From a phage, in assembly GCA_029889005.1 (NCBI GenBank), contig GCA_029889005.1_4349.1: a stretch of 44,477 nucleotides of DNA. One strand, given 5' to 3'. Position numbers and translations under genes: made by a program. Below the pieces are notes generated by a model, which was not told the origin of the DNA, searched no databases, and was given only the letters and a program-made list of their open reading frames with translations. Each line of letters opens with the position of its first letter. The stretch's first letter is position 1. Positions 26,974 through 34,931 of this stretch are shown piece by piece.

Positions 26974-27268
26974 CTCCGCGACGTGCGATGTATTCTCCGG
27001 CGACGATACCGGAGAGACGGGAATAGATGGGCATCCAGAGAATTGCGATGATGAATCCGAGGCCAGCTATCTCGCGCTCGCCAGTAATACCGAACCATTG
27101 AGCGGCGAGAGGCGCACCGAATACGGCGCACGCAAAGCCAGTGGTGAGAAAACAGAGAGCATCGACAGGGCCGGTAATAGTGGCTTTGTGTTGCCGTAAG
27201 CCTATTACCCCACCAGCTAATGCGGCAGCGAGAAGCCACCCCGTCACTGTTTCAGTAAATTTATCCAA
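26960..27268 (-). CDS. Holin (3 predicted TMDs)
   Basis: 102 aa with three hydrophobic helices and charged C-terminus; first gene of lysis cassette. Confidence 0.6.
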   Translation of the reverse strand: MDKFTETVTGWLLAAALAGGVIGLRQHKATITGPVDALCFLTTGFACAVFGAPLAAQWFGITGEREIAGLGFIIAILWMPIYSRLSGIVAGEYIARRGGGNE

Positions 27269-27343
27269 GATGAATCCTCCAGGTGCGTATTAAGTATGCG
27301 GTAACTGGAGGATAGCACGGTTAGGAATTATCTTAATAACGGT

Positions 27344-27682
27344 TTATTTATGACGCCAGATGTATTGTCGTCTCTGCGGTTTAGTCGGAATATCATCGTA
27401 TCCGAGCGATTTCCAGTAATTAAATAACCGATTAGCGATTGCCGCGCGTTCCTGTGTTTTAAACTCTCCTAGATTCACGGCCTTTCCGTTCTGGAATCCA
27501 CAGGCGCGGACCGCTTTGCGCCGTTCTTGTATCTCTGGGTACAGCACGTTACGGCGACGCTTGTGTATACGTGTCTTCGCTCTCGGTGACAGCGGCGCAA
27601 GGCCGCTTCGTTTCAGGATGTCAGTTGCAAGAGACATCACTCCGCCCCCTCCACATGTGTAACTGACCCACAGTTCGCGCAC
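27344..27682 (-). CDS. AP2-like DNA-binding domain protein, putative
   Basis: ACGFQNGKAVNLGEFKTQERAAIANRLF resembles AP2/ERF core (G-K ... LG-F-T-E-AA-A); likely start at internal ATG. Confidence 0.45.
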   Translation of the reverse strand: MRELWVSYTCGGGGVMSLATDILKRSGLAPLSPRAKTRIHKRRRNVLYPEIQERRKAVRACGFQNGKAVNLGEFKTQERAAIANRLFNYWKSLGYDDIPTKPQRRQYIWRHK

Positions 27683-27891
27683 TCAACGTAATCAGGAAAC
27701 TGGTCCTTGTATTTCTGTAACTCGGCTTCGAGTTTCGCGTAATCTTCGTAAAGCACTAACACACCCTCAACATCAGGAGTAAACCCGAATATCTGGTCGT
27801 AGGTATATCTCTGTACCATGTTATTTCTCCTGTTTACCAAGTCGCTTAGGTGAGCAGATAGCGCGTACCTCTGAATCGTTGGGCTTGTCAC
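27637..27891 (-). CDS. Hypothetical protein
   Basis: Track ORF; probable start at internal ATG ~27819 abutting upstream stop; C-terminal CANCGS. Confidence 0.4.
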   Translation of the reverse strand: MTSPTIQRYALSAHLSDLVNRRNNMVQRYTYDQIFGFTPDVEGVLVLYEDYAKLEAELQKYKDQFPDYVECANCGSVTHVEGAE

Positions 27892-28024
27892 CCTGAAACA
27901 GAAAGTGCGCGTTCTCTGCAGCGCGGGCAGCCGACTGGCACGCCTCCATCGAATAAAACGTTTCTGATGCCGCCAGGTGCATCTGGCCTGCGGACAATAC
28001 CCATATAAAGAGGATGCTGGTCAT
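27821..28024 (-). CDS. Small protein with N-terminal hydrophobic signal-like segment
   Basis: MTSILFIWVLSAGQMHLAAS then soluble region. Confidence 0.4.
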   Translation of the reverse strand: MTSILFIWVLSAGQMHLAASETFYSMEACQSAARAAENAHFLFQGDKPNDSEVRAICSPKRLGKQEK

Positions 28025-28509
28025 TCGGTTATAGCTCCACCACAGTTATCACAGACTACAGTGTTGCCGTAGTAAGTTCCGCAGTGAGCCGGAATGCACG
28101 AGCATACAGGTAGTTGAGCGTCTTCTTTCCGGCAACCGGATTGTTCTGGCGCATCCTTACATCCGAGTTCCTCAAGTGCTTTGCTAAGGTATTGGCGGCG
28201 CAGGGTGTCAGTCATTGCACTATTTGCCCGCCGGATGTACCCAATCGCGCCTTTAGGGTCCAGGTCCCCGACTTGCGCTTGAAAGCGCAACGCATCATTG
28301 CGATACGCGGACAATTGCCCGGTCAGATGTGATATATGGTCGGATTTCTTAATGTTGTCTTCCTGCAACTCCGCCACCAGCGCCGACGCGTCACGTAACT
28401 GATTCTTTAGTGACTGCACTTCATGCACCAGGTCTTCGCACTGGTTGCTGTTTACCTGCTGCCGTAGTTGGTCAATCAGGTACTCGAATACTTCGTTTTT
28501 GTTACTCAT
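28021..28509 (-). CDS. Hypothetical protein, coiled-coil plus Cys-rich C-terminus
   Basis: Contains IGYIRRANSAMTDTLRRQYLSKALEEL module shared with 25648..25845; C-terminal CSCIPAHCG ... CDNCGG; AGGAGA RBS. Confidence 0.5.
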   Translation of the reverse strand: MSNKNEVFEYLIDQLRQQVNSNQCEDLVHEVQSLKNQLRDASALVAELQEDNIKKSDHISHLTGQLSAYRNDALRFQAQVGDLDPKGAIGYIRRANSAMTDTLRRQYLSKALEELGCKDAPEQSGCRKEDAQLPVCSCIPAHCGTYYGNTVVCDNCGGAITE

Positions 28510-28539
28510 CTTCTGTCTCTCCTCTCGTCTGTGTAAATG

Positions 28540-28568
28540 AATAGTAGCCTATTCTATCTTAGTGTGCA
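28540..28568 (-). promoter_or_regulatory. Sigma70-like promoter, class A (TTGCAC-N17-TACTAT)
   Basis: Same motif as 7810..7838 in minus orientation, ~30 nt upstream of 28509 start. Confidence 0.5.
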
Positions 28569-28727
28569 AGTAAATTTTATTGGTGTTTGTATTGTTGCAT
28601 TTCCTGCAATAGTCGCTTCGATTGTTGCGTTTGATGAAAGTGTCGCCTTTTGACGACACTAAGTTAAAGTTGTACGCTGCTGTGTAGCAGCGTAAGTCAC
28701 TCAGTAAAATCCCAAACTATTGACCTG

Positions 28728-28943
28728 TTACACCGGCGCCGGTGGCTCAGGTAAGGGCGTCCAGTGCGTTACAATTCCCGCATCATTTGCATACAGCTTA
28801 CTGTAACAATATATTTTCCAAACAGGAGTGTTGTCGGCATACACTAAGTAGTAACCCTCATGCACCTGACTGTCTTCCGTGCAAACAAGAATGTCGGCAA
28901 ATTCTTCCGGCATCCGCTCGCTACACTTAATCCACTTGCTCAT
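28728..28943 (-). CDS. DUF551-like protein
   Basis: C-terminal VTHWTPLPEPP signature. Confidence 0.55.
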   Translation of the reverse strand: MSKWIKCSERMPEEFADILVCTEDSQVHEGYYLVYADNTPVWKIYCYSKLYANDAGIVTHWTPLPEPPAPV

Positions 28944-29252
28944 AAATCGCCTCTCTTCTCAAATGCGCCAGCCATTACATTCGCACCAGCTTTCCACGCC
29001 CGCCACGCGAGACGCGTCTTAACGTTCAGGTACTCTTTCTTCGAACCCTTATTAACCGGCAGACCCTCGACGATGGCCCACCGTTCGAATGCTTCTCTCA
29101 TACCAGAACCTCGCATTCATCCCGATACACGAACAATAATGACCCTTTGTACTCAATCATAAAACCATAATGGTTGCTGCTGAACGCCAGAAAAACATCA
29201 CCTACCGAGATACCGAAATCTATAAGCCTGCGGTCAGTTATTCGAATTTTCA

Positions 29253-29489
29253 TTAACGGCAACCTCCCTCAGAGTCGTCGGCACGAGCATCATGATTAGA
29301 TGCCGTTGTGTATACCTTCGCTTCTGCCTTAGTTACCGGGATTGTGTATCTTCCTGTCTTAATCCACCAGCCATCCTCACAGGAATCCAGTACATTGAAA
29401 ACATCACCCACATTTACGTCTATTTTCTCGAGAGTATCACCATCTTCTTCGTAGATAACGGTGTTATCTGTAATTATGATTTGCATCAC
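29253..29489 (-). CDS. Hypothetical early protein
   Basis: 78 aa; part of a chain of short genes joined by ATGA overlaps (two further sub-60-aa ORFs at ~28940..29101 and ~29098..29253). Confidence 0.4.
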   Translation of the reverse strand: MMQIIITDNTVIYEEDGDTLEKIDVNVGDVFNVLDSCEDGWWIKTGRYTIPVTKAEAKVYTTASNHDARADDSEGGCR

Positions 29490-29680
29490 TTCGCCCCTTT
29501 GAATTTAAAATTGTTGCCGATGAGTTCTAAATCACATTTACGGAGTAACCCTTTACCAAACCCAACTACGCTATTAACCTCTACAAAACCGAACCACATT
29601 AACTCCGACTCTATTACCGTAAATAAATCGCCGGTGGATTTATTCCGAACCAACTGACCCTTCTTAAACATAACCATCAC
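29486..29680 (-). CDS. Hypothetical early protein
   Basis: 64 aa ORF, coupled. Confidence 0.4.
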   Translation of the reverse strand: MMVMFKKGQLVRNKSTGDLFTVIESELMWFGFVEVNSVVGFGKGLLRKCDLELIGNNFKFKGAK

Positions 29681-29689
29681 TCCTCTGTC

Positions 29690-29893
29690 TTATTTAAAGT
29701 AGATAGCAAATTTCTTGTAACCCGCTGGCTCGTTACGAAGTCCTTTACCGTTAGCGAAACGTTGTACGTTAACAAAATCATTTTCATCCATCCCGTCGGT
29801 GTCGAACGTAAAGAAGTTGCGCTTGTTCCCGATAATTACGCGCTCAGAGATATCGATGCCGTAAACTTCTTTGATTGCGGTCGCTTTGTTCAT
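29690..29893 (-). CDS. Hypothetical early protein
   Basis: 67 aa, first gene after class A promoter at 29928..29956. Confidence 0.4.
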   Translation of the reverse strand: MNKATAIKEVYGIDISERVIIGNKRNFFTFDTDGMDENDFVNVQRFANGKGLRNEPAGYKKFAIYFK

Positions 29894-29927
29894 TTCTAAA
29901 TTCCTTATGTCTCGTTCCGATAAGTGA

Positions 29928-29956
29928 ATAGTATCCTATTATGTTGGGGTGTGCAA
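29928..29956 (-). promoter_or_regulatory. Sigma70-like promoter, class A (TTGCAC-N17-TACTAT)
   Basis: Motif CTTGCACACCCCAACATAATAGGATACTATTCAC in minus orientation ~35 nt upstream of 29893 start. Confidence 0.5.
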
Positions 29957-30132
29957 GATAATAGTTACGTTGCCGTTGTGATTCTTTTGTTTCTTAAAAG
30001 AGTACGCAACGCAGTGGGTGGGCTAACGCCCACCCCAGCGGAGTGAAGTACTCTCTACCTTGCTTACGGCAACTATAGAAACTTTTAATTATCAGTGACT
30101 TGAGTATTTAGGCGGGATTAACAATAGACTTT

Positions 30133-30265
30133 GGCCCTTCCGAAAGCGCCAGCGGAACTACACTCAAGTGCCTAATGGCACGCGTTGCGTTCCCTGCCGC
30201 TCCGCGGTCGCTTGCGATATCTCACAAGCTCAGTGAAGCTTAGCATATTTTTAAGTAAAAGTCAA
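30133..30265. repeat. Conserved ~130 bp non-coding element, copy 2
   Basis: Homologous to 17759..17890; contains GTGCC-TAAT-GGCAC and AAGCT-CAGTG-AAGCTT hairpins. Confidence 0.7.
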
Positions 30266-30312
30266 TACCAGTAGCATCTTTTGTATTTTAGTAACTTTGC
30301 GTGGTGTTTTGG

Positions 30313-30341
30313 TTGCTTTTACATTCACGCTATCCTATACT
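30313..30341 (+). promoter_or_regulatory. Sigma70-like promoter (TTGCTT-N17-TATACT)
   Basis: Hexamers with 17 bp spacer ~30 nt upstream of 30373 ATG. Confidence 0.45.
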
Positions 30342-30372
30342 CGTTTTCACCAAACAAACAGGAGATATAAAA

Positions 30373-30555
30373 ATGCAGCATTACATGACACAGAATGAAG
30401 TGGCTGAACGTATCGGGGTGACACGTCAAACCATTAATAACTGGTTGCGCAGCGGTAAATTCCCTGATTGCTGTATTAAGGTTATGGGTCGCCGTTTACC
30501 AGGAACATTTGACCGTAATAAAGTTGAAGCGTGGATTAAGGAGAACGTGAAATGA
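30373..30555 (+). CDS. Small HTH DNA-binding protein (AlpA/Xis-like)
   Basis: AGGAGA RBS; TQNEVAERIGVTRQTINNWLRSGKFP helix-turn-helix; start at internal ATG of track ORF 30301..30555. Confidence 0.5.
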   Translation: MQHYMTQNEVAERIGVTRQTINNWLRSGKFPDCCIKVMGRRLPGTFDRNKVEAWIKENVK

Positions 30556-30764
30556 TTGGGCGTATGGGTTGTTACTTTGAAAACTGTAAAGTTAAATACC
30601 GGTTTAAGTTTGCGTCGGAAATTACTGACAGCGGATTCTATGCGGAAATATGTAAGCCTAATCATTTGTTGGAACCGACACGCATTATTAAGATGCCAAT
30701 CGAGGCTTTAAGTAAGTGTCGTTTCTACGCTTCGGAGCGTGCGTGGATTGCGGGCGTTAAGTAA
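30552..30764 (+). CDS. Hypothetical protein
   Basis: 70 aa coupled ORF. Confidence 0.4.
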   Translation: MIGRMGCYFENCKVKYRFKFASEITDSGFYAEICKPNHLLEPTRIIKMPIEALSKCRFYASERAWIAGVK

Positions 30765-30832
30765 AAGAAACCCCAACGCCAGAACGTCGGGGCTAAAGTA
30801 CAAATCATCAAAGTAAGCATAAGGATTATACA

Positions 30833-30961
30833 ATGACAAAGTTAATAGTTCCACAGCTACGCCGCCAGAAACACGGCGCTGACTTCTTCGCACCGGTAAA
30901 GATGAACCGCGCAATGCGCCGTATGCAGGAAGCCTTAGAACGTGCGGAGAAAAAGAAATGA
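30833..30961 (+). CDS. Small basic protein (42 aa), hypothetical
   Basis: ATG with AAGGA upstream; stop overlaps primase start (ATGA); below track cutoff. Confidence 0.35.
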   Translation: MTKLIVPQLRRQKHGADFFAPVKMNRAMRRMQEALERAEKKK

Positions 30962-33210
30962 ATATTGTTTTTGCAACGCTGCGCAACACATTCGATAAAA
31001 ACCCTGTAGCGCGTGAGATGCCTCTCGAGCAGTTTGTGGAGTATGTCTGCGATACATCGAAGCGTTTATCCGTGGATCCGTCGTGGTCTAAGGAAGAGTA
31101 CGACGCTGCCAAGATTAAGCAGAAAGCTATTGCGCCTGTTGGGGGTCGCCGTAAAAACGCTATCCTGGAAGACAGTGTGGTTAAGTTCGATTTTGACCAT
31201 CTCAACCGTACTCAGTACCGCGACCTTACCCGCAAATTCAAGAACGCACCGTTCTTCAATATTCTGCATACAACGGCATCGCATCAGCATGTGTGTAAAA
31301 ACGGTGATTACGCCTTCCGCGTTCTCGTACCGGCTCGCACGCCGTTTAACTCTAACGACGCGTGGATGGTCCAACGGGCTATTTGTGCAGAGTTAGAAAT
31401 AGATGAAGCCTTGCGTGACCACTGCACGGAAGACGGCAACCGCCTTATCTATCTGCCACATAGAGAGTCAAAGATAACGGTTACAGAAGGGCGTGTTATC
31501 CGTGCCGAGCGGTACATCAAGAAAGCCGAAGAGATGGGGTTGAGTAAACGTGAAGTTAAGACACTTGCCGCCGATGAGTATGGGCTTAATGCTGATATAG
31601 CGCATTTCTGCGAAGCCGAGCTTGGCCTTGACGCTTTATCTTCCGGGCGCGGGTACGAAGTCCCATGCCCTAACGAACATCTGCATACAGGCAAAGGCTC
31701 CACAAGCATCATGCTTGATGGTAAAGAAGTGCGCTTTGTGTGCCAGCATACAAACAACGGCGCTTGCACCGAGCTTAACCGCCGACAGCATTTGGCCCTG
31801 CGTATGTGCGGCCTGCCAGACGAGCTTAACGTAGACAAGCAACCTATCAGTATTAACAGCATTCGTGCGGCTCTGCCTGATTTACCGGATGAAGAGATTG
31901 AAGAACTGCACCGCACAGAGAACGAGGAGCCTGTAACTTGCACGCTGGAAGACCTTGAAGAAGAGGACGAGTTACCAGAACCGGTAAAGGCTGATTTCGT
32001 CGTTGAGGGGTACATGCCGTCTGATTGTATCTGGGATATTGTCGGGGAATCCGGCACGTACAAATCATTCTATACGCTGGGGATGATGTACCTGAGCGCC
32101 GCCGGGTACCGGTTTGCGGGGGCTGACACCCAACGTTGCCACCATTTCTATATTGACGGCGAGGGTGGTGCAGCTACACGAACACGTATTGATGCACTCG
32201 CGGCTAAATATGGCGAGGAAGGTAAAGATTATGTACATGTCATCGATATGGGCGAAATACTCGCTACGCATGGTGATAAAAAAATTCCAGCTCTAATCCG
32301 CAGGATGCGCGAAACCGCAGGGGATGAACCTATTGGCATGGTTGCCTTCGACACCCTTAACCAGACGCTGGCCCTGACGATTGATAAGTTCGACGAGAAC
32401 AGTTCATCAACGGCAATCGGTATGGGTAAAGTTATCGCCATCCTGAAAGAAGTGCGCGATGCAACTAAAGCCGCTGTCGGTGTCGTTCACCATACTCCGA
32501 AGGGCGGAAAGAAAGCCCGCGGCAGTGGAGCATTGTATGCGGGTGTCGACGTGGAACTGACAATCGAACGCGCTACCGACCGTCAGATAAACGTATACCA
32601 CTCTAAATTTAAGCACGGTCCGCAACAGAAGACGGTTGGCATGGTACTGGAGTCTGTACAGTTCCGTGAAGCACCGCCGCCGAAAGAGTACCGCGCGGTT
32701 GAGTTCCTCGGTAGCACAGAGGAATACGGCACAATAGTAAACCTCGACCTGCCTGAGCCGCACAAGGCGCTTGTATTGATGCCGTGGGGCTTCGAGCCAT
32801 TCAAGACCGACGAGGAGAAAGAGAGGGAAGAAGGGTTAACTAACGAAGGTAAACAAAATGTACGTAAAACCATAGAGAACGCCGTCAACAGTTCCGAGGC
32901 CACGATACTCGCGGCGTTTGAACTGGCGGAGGGGACCTACAACGGCAACGAGGGCATCACGGTATCCGCAGCGAATAAGCTCGCGCAGTCTGACCCCAAC
33001 GCAAAGGCGTTTAACTCCAAAGAAGCCATAGAACGCGGGAAGATTAAGAAAATGGTTGAGGCTGGGTATCTTGTTCCGGGTACTGACGAAAACAATCAGA
33101 TAATCCCAGGCCGTTACAGACTGAACACCATGATAACAGATAACAAGATTCCGAAGACAATATACGAGCCGAATGAAATGCTGACAGTGACCGAGGAGGA
33201 TTTGGAATGA
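30958..33210 (+). CDS. Primase-polymerase (AEP-like) / RecA-like helicase fusion
   Basis: N-terminal VKFDFDH and ASHQH motifs, central Cys/His cluster (CPNEHLH ... CQHTNNGAC), C-terminal Walker A GESGTYKS and RecA/DnaB-like ATPase region. Confidence 0.75.
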   Translation: MNIVFATLRNTFDKNPVAREMPLEQFVEYVCDTSKRLSVDPSWSKEEYDAAKIKQKAIAPVGGRRKNAILEDSVVKFDFDHLNRTQYRDLTRKFKNAPFFNILHTTASHQHVCKNGDYAFRVLVPARTPFNSNDAWMVQRAICAELEIDEALRDHCTEDGNRLIYLPHRESKITVTEGRVIRAERYIKKAEEMGLSKREVKTLAADEYGLNADIAHFCEAELGLDALSSGRGYEVPCPNEHLHTGKGSTSIMLDGKEVRFVCQHTNNGACTELNRRQHLALRMCGLPDELNVDKQPISINSIRAALPDLPDEEIEELHRTENEEPVTCTLEDLEEEDELPEPVKADFVVEGYMPSDCIWDIVGESGTYKSFYTLGMMYLSAAGYRFAGADTQRCHHFYIDGEGGAATRTRIDALAAKYGEEGKDYVHVIDMGEILATHGDKKIPALIRRMRETAGDEPIGMVAFDTLNQTLALTIDKFDENSSSTAIGMGKVIAILKEVRDATKAAVGVVHHTPKGGKKARGSGALYAGVDVELTIERATDRQINVYHSKFKHGPQQKTVGMVLESVQFREAPPPKEYRAVEFLGSTEEYGTIVNLDLPEPHKALVLMPWGFEPFKTDEEKEREEGLTNEGKQNVRKTIENAVNSSEATILAAFELAEGTYNGNEGITVSAANKLAQSDPNAKAFNSKEAIERGKIKKMVEAGYLVPGTDENNQIIPGRYRLNTMITDNKIPKTIYEPNEMLTVTEEDLE

Positions 33211-33521
33211 ATATTTACGATTTTATAGATAACCCGTTTAAAGCAGTGAAGGCAGGATACCGCCCGTCATACCTGACATGTGTTTCCGCTGTAAGCAACA
33301 ACTGGTGGACTTTTTGTGTGTATGCAGCGGGGATTTTTGCGGAGTTTAAAGACATTTTAGACATGACGCTGGCAGAGATTATAAAGTGCCTTTTCAAATT
33401 AATTATATCGATAACTATTGTTATAAGTTTTCCTGTAAGTGCGTGGTTTCTCGCCTGGATTCAGTACCTGAACGTGCAACACACTATTAAGAATTTGGAA
33501 GAACTCGATAAGTTGCTATAA
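33207..33521 (+). CDS. Small membrane protein, hypothetical
   Basis: 104 aa with hydrophobic helices, strongly AT-rich codon usage. Confidence 0.5.
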   Translation: MNIYDFIDNPFKAVKAGYRPSYLTCVSAVSNNWWTFCVYAAGIFAEFKDILDMTLAEIIKCLFKLIISITIVISFPVSAWFLAWIQYLNVQHTIKNLEELDKLL

Positions 33522-33547
33522 AAAGAAAGGGGCTTTAAGCCCCTTCA
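33521..33547. terminator. Hairpin terminator between convergent genes
   Basis: AGGGGC-TTTAA-GCCCCT hairpin with A/T-rich flank. Confidence 0.5.
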
Positions 33548-33750
33548 CCTAACGCCAGCCACTTGGCGTCTACTTCCAGAACTTCCGCCAGTTTGAACAG
33601 CGTTGCCGGGCGGACGTCCTGAGTTACTCCAAGTGCCAGTTGGTTAATCGCGCCCTGGGAAACGCCGGTCAGGGCCGCCAAACGGCGCTGGGAGATGCCG
33701 AGTTCTTTACGGCGTTGTTCTACACGGATACCTAGTTCAGATGGTTGCAT
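33535..33750 (-). CDS. XRE-family HTH transcriptional regulator (Cro/CI-like)
   Basis: LGISQRRLAALTGVSQGAINQLALG helix-turn-helix; AAGGAG RBS; divergent from the downstream plus-strand genes. Confidence 0.7.
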   Translation of the reverse strand: MQPSELGIRVEQRRKELGISQRRLAALTGVSQGAINQLALGVTQDVRPATLFKLAEVLEVDAKWLALGEGA

Positions 33751-33814
33751 GTCAATTACTCCTTAGTCAGTTGATATGTGAATAGTACCATATTAATTAT
33801 TTTAGAAAAGCCCA

Positions 33815-33843
33815 TTGACACGTGAATAGTTCGCTATTATAGT
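33815..33843 (+). promoter_or_regulatory. Sigma70-like promoter, class B (TTGACA-N17-TATAGT) with GAATAG-N4-CTAT palindrome in spacer
   Basis: Consensus -35, 17 bp spacer containing TGAATAGTTCGCTAT; second palindrome copy ~33777..33801. Confidence 0.55.
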
Positions 33844-33871
33844 TAACCCATACCAAACGAGAGGGGCAGAT

Positions 33872-34099
33872 ATGAACACAATCACTGGGGCCATAGCTAA
33901 AGGTTTTCGAGCAATTTTCGGAGAATCGCAGGAAGTGTGCACAAAACATAAATTTGTACTTTCTTGCGTAGTCGGGGACGAGTTTGATGGGTTCGATAAA
34001 CTTGTTGTCTGCGACCATTGCGGGCAAGAAGCTATTCAACACCCAAACGGTAAATTTGAATTAATAGACGATAGCCTTACAGAAGGCGACGGCGAGTAA
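33872..34099 (+). CDS. Hypothetical protein with Cys pairs
   Basis: 75 aa; C ... C and CDHC. Confidence 0.45.
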   Translation: MNTITGAIAKGFRAIFGESQEVCTKHKFVLSCVVGDEFDGFDKLVVCDHCGQEAIQHPNGKFELIDDSLTEGDGE

Positions 34100-34123
34100 C
34101 CCAAATAAACAGGAGAATAAATA

Positions 34124-34615
34124 ATGTTAGAGAAATTCTTAGTATTACTGGAACGTTTCGTAGTTGCGCACGAACTGATTGCCGCGAACAGTGCGAAACA
34201 AGTTGTTCAGGTTGCCACGCCGCTGGAAGTAGAGACGGTATCGTACACCAAAGAAGCGGTAGCTGAGTGCGCTGAAGAAGCAACAAAAGAAATCCCGGTT
34301 GAAGGTGAAGACGTAGTTGACACTAAACCGGCGGAGGAAGAGAAGCCAAAACGCAAGCCGCGTAAAGCTAAAGTAGAGGAACCTGCGCCAGAACCGGAAG
34401 AAGAGGTCGATTACAAGTCTCTGCGTGACCAGATTCAGGCCATCGACGATGCAATTAATGAAGGTCCTAGCGAGGCCGCGTGCGATGATTCTGATGAACT
34501 GCTGGAAGAGTTCACAGGTAAGAAGATGAAGATTGCCGCGATTAAAGACGAAGACCTGGTTGAGTACCTGGAACGCCTGACAGCAATCAAGAACAAGTAT
34601 TTCGAAGAAGAATAA
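34124..34615 (+). CDS. Highly acidic protein, hypothetical
   Basis: 163 aa with long Glu/Asp-rich region and KPKRKPRKAK basic patch. Confidence 0.45.
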   Translation: MLEKFLVLLERFVVAHELIAANSAKQVVQVATPLEVETVSYTKEAVAECAEEATKEIPVEGEDVVDTKPAEEEKPKRKPRKAKVEEPAPEPEEEVDYKSLRDQIQAIDDAINEGPSEAACDDSDELLEEFTGKKMKIAAIKDEDLVEYLERLTAIKNKYFEEE

Positions 34616-34658
34616 CTATCTCGCGGCCTTCGGGCCGCTTTAACGGAGGGGCGGAAAT

Positions 34659-34931
34659 ATGATTTACCAACTCTACCGCGCCGTAGACAGGCGGGATAAC
34701 ACAGAGGCGTTGTGGCTGTTGCGTGCGCCGTCCGGTGCGCACCAGATGGAAGAGATGGCGTACTTAGGCAAAGTACCGCGTCCTAAAGATATAGGTCGTC
34801 ACGTGTCGCGGATTAAACGCACGACATTCGCCAAGCCCGACTTTTATGTCTTCGAGTCGATGTATGGATGGGCCTTACATTGCGACCACAAGACACGGCA
34901 TTTAATTGACCAGTGGGAGAACAGAGCATGA
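34659..34931 (+). CDS. Hypothetical protein
   Basis: 90 aa ORF; stop overlaps next start. Confidence 0.45.
   Translation: MIYQLYRAVDRRDNTEALWLLRAPSGAHQMEEMAYLGKVPRPKDIGRHVSRIKRTTFAKPDFYVFESMYGWALHCDHKTRHLIDQWENRA

Noticed and set aside
31449-32063. 204 aa minus-strand Ser-rich ORF inside the primase-helicase gene
   Set aside because: Antisense to a gene with clear catalytic motifs; extreme Ser/Arg bias suggests a chance open frame.
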